A stretch of 64,000 nt of DNA from an uncultured Thermoplasmatales archaeon (GTDB lineage: Archaea; Thermoplasmatota; E2; DHVEG-1). Shown here in pieces: positions 57,222 to 64,000 of the stretch (positions within the stretch are counted from its first letter, which is position 1; the number at the start of each line of letters is the position of its first letter). Location of the stretch: NCBI GenBank assembly GCA_964526175.1, contig CAZGIV010000001.1, forward strand, positions 882 to 64,881, read 5' to 3'. The position numbers and the translations under genes are program-made. Below the pieces are notes generated by a model, which did not search any database, was not told the DNA's origin, and worked only from the letters and a program-made list of their open reading frames with translations.

Positions 57222-58103
57222 ATGAAGAAAAAATACGCATTGTTCCCCGGTTGTCTGATGCCTACTGAGCAATATGCCTATGAACTCTCCATACGAGAAA
57301 CCCTACCGCTTCTTGGTGTGGACCTAGTTGATGTAGAAGGATTCTCTTGCTGTGGAGAACCTATGAAAAGTGTCAATCAACTGCTGACGCTTTATCTTTC
57401 TGCACGAAATCTTGCAATCGCAGAGAAACACCATCTCGATCTGTTTGCCCCATGCGCGATGTGTCATATGTCACTAAGCGAAACCCACTATATCCTCCAA
57501 AAAAATCCATCCATGAAAGAACGTGTCAATAGCATGCTTGCTGCAGAAGGACTCAGTTATACAGGTACTGGGCAGATTGTCCATACCGTCGATTTATTAC
57601 ATGATCACATTGGTATTGAAACGATCAAACAGCATGTGAAGAAACCATTAACTAATCTGAAAATCGCTGCTCATTACGGTTGCCACCTCATCCGTCCGAG
57701 CGAAATCGGACGGCCAGTGAATTCAGAAGACCCACAGAAGATTGAAAAACTGCTTAAAGCATTCGGTGCAGAACCGGTTCAGGATTATCCACAGAAACTT
57801 GATTGCTGCGGAGCACCTCTCCTTGCGAATCTCCCGGAGTCGGCGCTCACAAAAACCGGGCAGAAACTCCAAGCCATTCAAGAGCAAGGAATCCAAGCTC
57901 TTGTAGACGTATGCCCCTGGTGTCATAAGATGTTTGACAGCAAGCAAACCAAGGCAGGGGAAACCGTTGCTGCAAAGCTAGACATCCCTGTAGTGTATCT
58001 GACACAACTTCTTGGTTTGGCACTTGGTCTGAATGCCGATAAACTTGGATTACACTTGAATCTAAGTCCTGTGGAAAAACTTGGGCTCAAGGAGGGAAAG
58101 TAA
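57222..58103 (+). CDS. hdrB: Heterodisulfide reductase subunit B-like (third copy)
   Basis: ALFPGCLMPTEQYAYE...SCCGEP...CCGAPLL. Confidence 0.7.
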   Translation: MKKKYALFPGCLMPTEQYAYELSIRETLPLLGVDLVDVEGFSCCGEPMKSVNQLLTLYLSARNLAIAEKHHLDLFAPCAMCHMSLSETHYILQKNPSMKERVNSMLAAEGLSYTGTGQIVHTVDLLHDHIGIETIKQHVKKPLTNLKIAAHYGCHLIRPSEIGRPVNSEDPQKIEKLLKAFGAEPVQDYPQKLDCCGAPLLANLPESALTKTGQKLQAIQEQGIQALVDVCPWCHKMFDSKQTKAGETVAAKLDIPVVYLTQLLGLALGLNADKLGLHLNLSPVEKLGLKEGK

Positions 58104-58107
58104 GCAC

Positions 58108-60102
58108 ATGCGACGAATCGGTGTGTTTGTTTGCTATTGTGGTATCAACATTGCTCAAATGGTTGATGTCGAAGCAGTCACGGAATATGCGAAAACACTT
58201 GATAGTGTTGCTGTTGCAAAACAATACAAGTATATGTGCTCGGATGTGGGTGCGACATTAATTAAGGATACCATTAAACAACATTCCCTTGATGCTGTTG
58301 TGATTGCAGCGTGTTCTCCGCGTATGCATGAGCAAACGTTTCAGCGGGTGGTACGCGATGGTGGGTTGAATCCCTATCTTTTAGAGATCGTGAATATCCG
58401 GGAACAATGCTCCTGGTCTCACAGTGACAGGGAAAAGGCAACAGAGAAAACAAAATCCCTTATCAGAAGCGCGGTCTCAAAAGCGAAGTTACTCGAACCG
58501 TTACAGTCTTCGACGATTACTATCATCCCTGAAGCAGTTGTGATTGGTGGTGGGATTGCAGGTATTCAAACATCCCTGGATCTGGCCAATGCTGGGTTCA
58601 AAGTACATCTAGTTGAGCGAACACCGAGCATCGGTGGACATATGGCACAGCTGGATAAGACATTCCCCACGCTGGATTGTTCCTCGTGTATTCTAACACC
58701 GAAGATGATGGAGGTTGCGAATCATGAAAACATTGAGCTGTTCACATACGCAGAAGTTACAGGTGTACAGGGGAGCATTGGGAACTATACGGTGAAAATC
58801 CGTAAGAAACCACGATACATCGATATGGAAAAATGCACCGGATGTGGTGATTGCGCATCTGCTTGTCGTTTAAAAGACCGGATAACCAGTGAGTTTAATC
58901 AAGGCATGGGGAAACGTGGAGCTGTCTACATGCCGTTCCCACAGGCAGTACCATTGAAGTACTGTATTGATGCATCAACATGTTTATTCCTAACACGAGG
59001 GAAATGCGGGGATGAACCTCTCTGTAAAAAAGCCTGTGCGCAGGGTGCTATTGATTTTGATCAGAAAGAGGAAATCGTGGAGCGGAAGGTAGGTGTACTC
59101 ATTATCGCTACGGGGTATGACCTACTCAACCCAGCACGTGTATATGAGTACGGATATAAGACTTCACCTGATGTGATTACGACCCTTGAACTTGAACGAT
59201 TGATTAGTTCATCTGGGCCTACAGTAGGAGAGATTCTCCGACCGTCCAATCAGCAGAAACCAAAGAGTGTTACCTTCATCCTCTGTGTTGGATCAAGGGA
59301 TGAAACACAGTGTACCTGGTGCTGTCGCATTGGGTGTATGAGTGCGTTAAAACACGTGTACCTGCTTCGAGAGAAACTTGGTGAGGATGTAGAAGTTAAC
59401 ATTTGTTATCAGGATGTGCGTTCCTACGGGAAAGGGTACGAGGAGTTCTACCGCACGGTTCGTGGGTTACAGGTAAATATGTTCCGTGGTCGTCCCTCTG
59501 AAGTTCGAGCCATGAACGATCATCTGAAAATTGATGTTTTTGACACTATAACGAACAAGCTGTTTGAAATTAAAACAGATCTAGTGGTGCTAGTGCCGGC
59601 GATAACGCCGCAGGCGGATACTCCAGAGTTTGCTCGTCTGCTTCGTTTGACGTTAAGTGGTGACGGATTCTTCCTTGAGGCTCATCCGAAGCTTAGACCG
59701 ATGGATACGTTTGTTGGTGGGGTTTTTATCGCAGGATGTTGTCAAGGCCCGAAGGATATACAGGATACGGTATCCCAGGCGAGTGGTGCCGCGGCTCGTG
59801 CCGCAACAATCCTATCAAAACCCACACTCCAAGCTGAACCGAATGTTGCTTTTATTGATGAGGAATTCTGCAGTGGGTGCGGGTTGTGTCTTTCTGTCTG
59901 TCCCTATAATGCAATTGAACGAGTGGAGGAAGAAATCAACGGGAAGCTCATCGTTCATGCGAAGATCAATGAAGGGTTGTGCCAGGGATGTGGTGCATGT
60001 GTTAGTACATGCCCAAGTAGGGCGATTCAGCAGCGAGGGTTTAAGGATACACAGCTTCTATCCATGATTGATGAAATCGCAGTAAATAAACAGACGGATT
60101 GA
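58108..60102 (+). CDS. hdrA: Canonical-length HdrA (about 665 aa). The likely start is ATG 58108 with SD AAGGAGGGA. The ORF track begins at 58081, inside the SD and the hdrB 3' end.
   Basis: MRRIGVFVCYCGINI...ACSPRMH...VNIREQCSWSH N-domain. VVIGGGIAGIQTSLDLANAGF. CTGCGDCASAC. ...WCCRIGCMSA.... C-terminal CSGCGLCLSVCP...CQGCGACVSTCPSRAI. Confidence 0.75.
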   Translation: MRRIGVFVCYCGINIAQMVDVEAVTEYAKTLDSVAVAKQYKYMCSDVGATLIKDTIKQHSLDAVVIAACSPRMHEQTFQRVVRDGGLNPYLLEIVNIREQCSWSHSDREKATEKTKSLIRSAVSKAKLLEPLQSSTITIIPEAVVIGGGIAGIQTSLDLANAGFKVHLVERTPSIGGHMAQLDKTFPTLDCSSCILTPKMMEVANHENIELFTYAEVTGVQGSIGNYTVKIRKKPRYIDMEKCTGCGDCASACRLKDRITSEFNQGMGKRGAVYMPFPQAVPLKYCIDASTCLFLTRGKCGDEPLCKKACAQGAIDFDQKEEIVERKVGVLIIATGYDLLNPARVYEYGYKTSPDVITTLELERLISSSGPTVGEILRPSNQQKPKSVTFILCVGSRDETQCTWCCRIGCMSALKHVYLLREKLGEDVEVNICYQDVRSYGKGYEEFYRTVRGLQVNMFRGRPSEVRAMNDHLKIDVFDTITNKLFEIKTDLVVLVPAITPQADTPEFARLLRLTLSGDGFFLEAHPKLRPMDTFVGGVFIAGCCQGPKDIQDTVSQASGAAARAATILSKPTLQAEPNVAFIDEEFCSGCGLCLSVCPYNAIERVEEEINGKLIVHAKINEGLCQGCGACVSTCPSRAIQQRGFKDTQLLSMIDEIAVNKQTD

Positions 60103-60147
60103 ACAGCAACTCAGAAGGATATACAATATTGATAGGAGGATGATTAT

Positions 60148-60543
60148 ATGGATATGGAAATTACGTTTCCTGGTGGAAAAAAAGTCGATGCGTCATACAA
60201 GGGATTTACGATAAAAACCGATCAGCCAGTTGACGAAGGCGGCCAGGGTTCTGCCCCTGAGCCGTTCTCCTTGTTTCTGGCCTCGATCGGAACATGCGTG
60301 GGGATTTATGTGCTCAGTTTCTGTCAGAGAAACGAGATCCCGACACCTGACATGAAACTGGTGCTTTCATTTGAAAAAGATCTGGTAACACATATGATTG
60401 AGAACATTCATATTAACATGTTTCTTCCAAAGGAGTTTCCAGAGAAATACAGGAATGCGGTGATGAAAACAGCAGAGGCATGCGCAGTGAAACGTCATTT
60501 GGAGAAACCACCAAAATTCACTATCTCGGTTTCGAAATTATAG
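60148..60543 (+). CDS. OsmC/Ohr-family peroxiredoxin-like protein
   Basis: ...GGQGSAPEPFSLFLASIGTCVGIYVLSFC... with the two conserved Cys of the OsmC fold. SD ATAGGAGGA. Confidence 0.55.
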   Translation: MDMEITFPGGKKVDASYKGFTIKTDQPVDEGGQGSAPEPFSLFLASIGTCVGIYVLSFCQRNEIPTPDMKLVLSFEKDLVTHMIENIHINMFLPKEFPEKYRNAVMKTAEACAVKRHLEKPPKFTISVSKL

Positions 60544-60577
60544 TCAGTATGTTTATTTATCTGTTTTCTATTGCCAG

Positions 60578-61858
60578 GTGAGGGAGAACATGACCGTAAC
60601 TTTAGTGATCGGGACGCAATGGGGCGATGAAGGGAAAGGAAAAGTTGTTGACTACTACTCAAAGAACGCGGATTACGTGGTACGATTCCAGGGCGGTAAC
60701 AATGCAGGACATACCATCAAAGTCGGGGAGGAAGTCTACAAACTCCATGTTGTCCCTTCTGGCGTCATCCAAGGGAAAACCGGTGTCATCGGGAATGGCG
60801 TTGTCATAGACCCAGAGATTCTTCTTACTGAAATCGATGAACTCATAAACCGGGGAATCAAACCACACCTTTTAATTAGTGAGCGAGCAAACATCATCAT
60901 GCCCTATCATAAAATTCTGGATGGAGCCGAAGAACAGTATCTTGGTGATAAAAAAATAGGGACCACAAAGCGTGGCATCGGACCTTGTTATAGCGACAAG
61001 GTGGCACGCAACGGAATCAGAGCAATCGATCTCACAGATAAGGAAAGATTGCGTAAGTTATTGGAACGTATCCTTCCGATCAAACAAAAAATGATCGACA
61101 TCTATGATATTAAAACCAAATTTGATGAAAAAGAAATCCTTGAAACCTACAGCGCCTATGGCGCTCGATTACAGGAATACATCACAACCACTCATGTTGA
61201 GCTTAATAACGCGATACAGAAAAAGAAACAGATTCTGCTTGAAGGCGCGCAGGGTACTATGCTCGATGTTGATTTCGGTACCTACCCGTATACAACATCT
61301 TCAAATACCATCGCAGGTGGATCGACAACTGGTGTTGGTATTGGACCAAAACATATTGATGAAATCATAGGAATCGTTAAGGCATATACCACAAGGGTTG
61401 GTGAAGGACCACTCCCAACAGAGCTTCTTGATAAGACAGGACAACATCTGCAACAAATCGGCCATGAATATGGAACAACAACGAGCAGACCACGTCGATG
61501 CGGCTGGCTTGACCTAGTTGTCGTGAAACATGCTTGTATGATTTCTGGGATTACGAAACTTGCGATTACGAAACTTGATGTGCTAAATGGGTTATCACAA
61601 GTCTACATATGCACACAATATCAACTTGAGGGAAAAAGAATCGATTACATCCCCGCAAACATCGATGTTTTTACAGCCTGTAAACCTGTGTATAAAGAAT
61701 TTAAAGGTTGGGAGACCATAGACCAAAATACCAAAACCTTTGAAGAACTCCCGAAAGAAGCACAAACATACCTTAAATTCATCGAAAAAGAGGCTGGTGT
61801 ACCTATCAGTCTTGTCTCAATCGGGCCAGGAAGAACCGAGACGATTGAAGTCCCTTAA
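60578..61858 (+). CDS. purA: Adenylosuccinate synthetase
   Basis: N-terminal VIGTQWGDEGKGK P-loop. ...GGNNAGHT.... GIGP/TTTSRPRRCGWLD motifs. Confidence 0.85.
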   Translation: MRENMTVTLVIGTQWGDEGKGKVVDYYSKNADYVVRFQGGNNAGHTIKVGEEVYKLHVVPSGVIQGKTGVIGNGVVIDPEILLTEIDELINRGIKPHLLISERANIIMPYHKILDGAEEQYLGDKKIGTTKRGIGPCYSDKVARNGIRAIDLTDKERLRKLLERILPIKQKMIDIYDIKTKFDEKEILETYSAYGARLQEYITTTHVELNNAIQKKKQILLEGAQGTMLDVDFGTYPYTTSSNTIAGGSTTGVGIGPKHIDEIIGIVKAYTTRVGEGPLPTELLDKTGQHLQQIGHEYGTTTSRPRRCGWLDLVVVKHACMISGITKLAITKLDVLNGLSQVYICTQYQLEGKRIDYIPANIDVFTACKPVYKEFKGWETIDQNTKTFEELPKEAQTYLKFIEKEAGVPISLVSIGPGRTETIEVP

Positions 61859-62094
61859 ATAAGCTCTTTTACAGCAAATGCAGTCTGAATCCACCGTAGA
61901 TAAGAGTTACATGCTGCTCTCAGAGAACTGATATCATCGGATTTAATGGTGACCTCAAGGGTTTTCTCATGAACAGAAAAAGTAACATTTGATTTCGGAA
62001 TCTTATGCTGTATCTCCGGTGAAAGTGATTGAGCAATGATACGCGCATCTTTTCCTGAAGGAAAATCGATGAGGAATCTTACTTGGTTCGTCAT
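61855..62094 (-). CDS. pcc1: KEOPS complex subunit Pcc1-like small protein (exosome/RNA-polymerase superoperon member)
   Basis: 79 aa. ...KDARIIAQSL.PE......EVTIKSDDISSLRAACNSYLRWI... fits the Pcc1 pattern. Its ATG overlaps the rpoP stop (ATGA). Its stop overlaps the purA stop on the opposite strand (TTAA). Confidence 0.45.
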   Translation of the reverse strand: MTNQVRFLIDFPSGKDARIIAQSLSPEIQHKIPKSNVTFSVHEKTLEVTIKSDDISSLRAACNSYLRWIQTAFAVKELI

Positions 62095-62231
62095 ACGCTT
62101 TTAATGCGTTTTGCTACCGTCGGCCGTTCCTTATAAAAGACCTTGCTACCGCAGTATGGACATTGCATCCCGATGTTTTTCACATCGAACTGTACCGCTT
62201 TTTTACACAAACCACATTTATACCGGGTCAC
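62091..62231 (-). CDS. rpoP: DNA-directed RNA polymerase subunit P (RpoP / Rpb12 homolog), a 46-aa zinc ribbon absent from the ORF track
   Basis: Minus-strand translation from GTG 62231 (SD GGAGG 7 nt upstream) gives VTRYKCGLCKKAVQFDVKNIGMQCPYCGSKVFYKERPTVAKRIKSV-stop. This is the C-x2-C...C-x2-C RpoP pattern. The GTG start overlaps the L37ae stop (GTGA). Confidence 0.7.
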   Translation of the reverse strand: MTRYKCGLCKKAVQFDVKNIGMQCPYCGSKVFYKERPTVAKRIKSV

Positions 62232-62509
62232 GGTGATTCCTCCTCAGCAGGGAGCCCTTTGAGGATTTTCTCAGCAGCCACACCAGAAGGCGTTGAGGGA
62301 AGGTATGCACCACCAGCAAAGACATTTCCGCATTTCTTGCATTCCCAGATACTAGTGCTTGTGCGTTTCACCGCTTTCTGACCGCACCGTGGGCAGGCAT
62401 GTCGGAGTTTCTGCTGGCTTTCAACCTCACGAATCATGGTTCGTGATTTCACACCGTATCGTTCTGCGAAGCGACCGGATGTGCCGACTTTCTTGGTTCG
62501 TTTTGACAT
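62228..62509 (-). CDS. rpl37ae: Ribosomal protein L37Ae (C4 zinc ribbon). The start is probably at the internal Met MSKRTKKVG (62509), not the track's 62563.
   Basis: MSKRTKKVGTSGRFAERYG...CPRCGQKAVKRTSTSIWECKKCGNVFAGGAY is the L37ae signature. Using 62509 avoids overlap with rrp42. Confidence 0.8.
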   Translation of the reverse strand: MSKRTKKVGTSGRFAERYGVKSRTMIREVESQQKLRHACPRCGQKAVKRTSTSIWECKKCGNVFAGGAYLPSTPSGVAAEKILKGLPAEEESP

Positions 62510-62510
62510 G

Positions 62511-63314
62511 TTATTTCCCTGTACTTTGATATAATTTCTTCCGTATTTCTTGCCCGTTATCAAGAGCTCCTTTTATAACTTTTTGTATCTCCTCCCTAGT
62601 AAAGCTTCCGGAAAGCCCTTTCTGCATCGCTCGAATATCACCGTTATGGTCTGTTGCGACTGTTAAACGGGCATCGGCGATGATCTCTTCATCAAAACAG
62701 GAGTCAAAGAGCACATAATCGTTGATTTTCACGGCGGTGCAAGAAATCGGTGGCTCTGACATTGGTAAGGGGAAATCTTCCTTTGGATATCCCTCAGGAA
62801 GCTCCTTTTCAAATCGCTTTGCAGGGATAACGGTTGTTGACAACGCAGCAAGAGCACCCAGGGATGCTGCATCAAAAAGATTTCCATCGTAATCAAGGAC
62901 ATGGATATCGATGAAGACAATCCAGACTTTCTCACCGGCTGTGACGACTAATTTTTCGACATCCACAACCTGGGATTCTCGAACACCTCTATCGACAACT
63001 CTGGCAAGCTCAATAGCGTTTTCTCGAGGAGGACCGGACTCAAAATCAGGTGAAGCAAGAGGAATAAGTTCAGCAGCGGTGCTTAAGACACCCATATTGG
63101 GAGAATCATCGAAAGGTTCACCAAGACCAATTTTGATACCAACAAGGACCTGGGTATTTCCAATTTTTACCCGCGCGGATCCTTCTGCCTTGTTGACGAC
63201 CTTTGTCTCAATCTCGATATTCCGATACTGATCAAAGTTACGGCCGTCTATACGTTTACCCTGTTCAGCAAGTTTTGTGATATAATCACGTTTGATAACT
63301 GGAACAATGGTCAT
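62511..63314 (-). CDS. rrp42: Exosome complex RNase PH-like subunit Rrp42
   Basis: RNase PH-like domain, co-operonic with Rrp41 and L37ae. Start overlaps the rrp41 stop. Confidence 0.65.
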   Translation of the reverse strand: MTIVPVIKRDYITKLAEQGKRIDGRNFDQYRNIEIETKVVNKAEGSARVKIGNTQVLVGIKIGLGEPFDDSPNMGVLSTAAELIPLASPDFESGPPRENAIELARVVDRGVRESQVVDVEKLVVTAGEKVWIVFIDIHVLDYDGNLFDAASLGALAALSTTVIPAKRFEKELPEGYPKEDFPLPMSEPPISCTAVKINDYVLFDSCFDEEIIADARLTVATDHNGDIRAMQKGLSGSFTREEIQKVIKGALDNGQEIRKKLYQSTGK

Positions 63315-64000
63315 TCTTGCACCTCCGCTGCAACAGACTGATACTTATGCATAATAGCTTTCTTCTGAATTTCTGACACGGTGTGACATCCTTTCACTGC
63401 AAGATCAAATGCTTGATTAAACTCATCAACGGTAAGATGACCATCCATTTGCAATAAAAGGACTTCTCCAGTTCTTGGCGAAATTGAAATCGGGAGATCA
63501 GCATCACCAAAGTTATCCTCTTCTTTTCCAAGATCAAGGACCACCTGACCATTTATTTTCCCTGCAGCACAGGCGACCGGGATGTCACGCATAGGGATGC
63601 CGGCATCAACCAATGCAACAGCAGCAGCAGTCAACCCAGCACAACGAGTTCCAGCCTCTGCATCAAGCACCTCGATGTTCACATCGATGCTCGCTCGAGG
63701 GAACTGCTCTGTGAGGATCACTTTCTCCAATGCCTCTGATATGACTTTCGAGATCTCGACGCTACGTCGGTCTGGGCCGGGACGTTTTCGATCCTCAACA
63801 CTAAACGCAGCCATATTATATCGTGCTTGCACAATTGCTCTGAGAGGATTCTGTGTATGTCGTGGAACAGCTTCACGAGGACCGTAGACCGCTGCGAGGA
63901 CCTTATTGCCACCCCATTCGAGGTAACAGGAACCATCTGCACGATGAAGCACACCGGCCTCGATTTTAACTTTACGTAAATCGTGCGGGCCTCTTCCATC
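63311..64000 (-). CDS. rrp41: Exosome complex exonuclease Rrp41 (RNase PH domain). The 5' end is truncated by the window edge.
   Basis: ...[43 protein letters not shown]... is the Rrp41 N-terminal consensus. The reading frame continues past position 64000. Confidence 0.7.
   Translation of the reverse strand, partial: DGRGPHDLRKVKIEAGVLHRADGSCYLEWGGNKVLAAVYGPREAVPRHTQNPLRAIVQARYNMAAFSVEDRKRPGPDRRSVEISKVISEALEKVILTEQFPRASIDVNIEVLDAEAGTRCAGLTAAAVALVDAGIPMRDIPVACAAGKINGQVVLDLGKEEDNFGDADLPISISPRTGEVLLLQMDGHLTVDEFNQAFDLAVKGCHTVSEIQKKAIMHKYQSVAAEVQE

Noticed and set aside
26725-60102. Possibility of selenocysteine (in-frame TGA) in HdrA, MvhD or hydrogenase genes, as in some methanogens
   Set aside because: All these reading frames are uninterrupted and carry Cys at the relevant positions. 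No in-frame TGA with downstream continuation was seen.
63718-63999. 93-aa minus-strand ORF overlapping rrp41 in another frame
   Set aside because: The Rrp41 frame carries the conserved RNase PH N-terminal motifs. The alternative frame has none.

Overview
This window is an archaeal, AT-rich chromosomal segment that is almost entirely coding. No tRNA or rRNA genes, CRISPR arrays or mobile elements were found. The archaeal assignment rests on three kinds of evidence. First, there is a BRE/TATA-type promoter (a B-recognition element plus TATA box) about 30 nt upstream of a start codon. Second, a run of tightly overlapped genes matches the archaeal exosome superoperon (Rrp41, Rrp42, ribosomal protein L37ae, RNA polymerase subunit RpoP, and Pcc1 of the KEOPS complex). 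Third, the segment carries heterodisulfide-reductase (Hdr), methyl-viologen-reducing hydrogenase (Mvh) and [NiFe]-hydrogenase genes.

The contents run left to right in four blocks.

(1) 1-8 kb: an envelope/redox cluster. It holds two secreted transglutaminase-like cysteine-protease-fold proteins, a SAM-dependent methyltransferase, a membrane hexapeptide acyltransferase, a secreted thioredoxin-like protein, a coupled E1-like (ThiF/MoeB-type) enzyme plus ThiS/MoaD-like protein ending in Gly-Gly, and a thioredoxin-CcdA membrane fusion.

(2) 8-21 kb: mixed metabolism. This includes a three-gene GlpA-like FAD oxidoreductase set with a DUF1667 protein, a LarA-family racemase, an acyl-CoA dehydrogenase, an aldehyde dehydrogenase gene remnant, fumarase FumAB, dodecin, a GcvH-like lipoyl protein, succinyl-CoA synthetase SucCD, and a duplicated winged-helix regulator.

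(3) 21.4-52.5 kb: a single co-directional array of about 24 genes with gaps of 70 nt or less, followed by two further operons.
- The array starts with fumarate reductase FrdB/FrdA-like genes and 2-oxoacid:ferredoxin oxidoreductase KorDABC.
- Next comes a double-HdrA fusion (1071 aa), then HdrC, HdrB, MvhG, MvhA, a hydrogenase maturation protease and MvhD.
- Then a GlcD-like FAD dehydrogenase, an HdrD-like CCG protein and an LplA-like lipoate-protein ligase, followed by HdrC and HdrB.
- Then a giant HdrA that carries an inserted GltD/NfnB-like NAD(P)H module (1655 aa), followed by MvhD.
- Then an FrhB-like Fe-S protein and sulfhydrogenase-like beta/gamma subunits.
- Last in the array is a second giant HdrA-GltD fusion (1511 aa).
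- After the array, a convergent four-subunit group-3b-like [NiFe] hydrogenase operon (beta, gamma, delta, alpha) sits on the minus strand.
- A canonical hdrCBA operon follows it.

(4) 60-64 kb: OsmC, adenylosuccinate synthetase PurA, and the exosome superoperon tail (Pcc1, RpoP, L37ae, Rrp42, and Rrp41 cut by the window end).

The observations most worth a second look are these.
- The tandem double-HdrA architecture with GltD-like inserts.
- Two perfect-identity gene-conversion tracts (about 260 nt and 131 nt) between the two giant hdrA paralogs.
- A lipoate ligase embedded in the Hdr cluster, with a GcvH-like protein 20 kb away.
- A gamma-subunit gene with no canonical start codon.
- A missed 46-aa rpoP gene whose start and stop codons overlap its neighbours as GTGA and ATGA.
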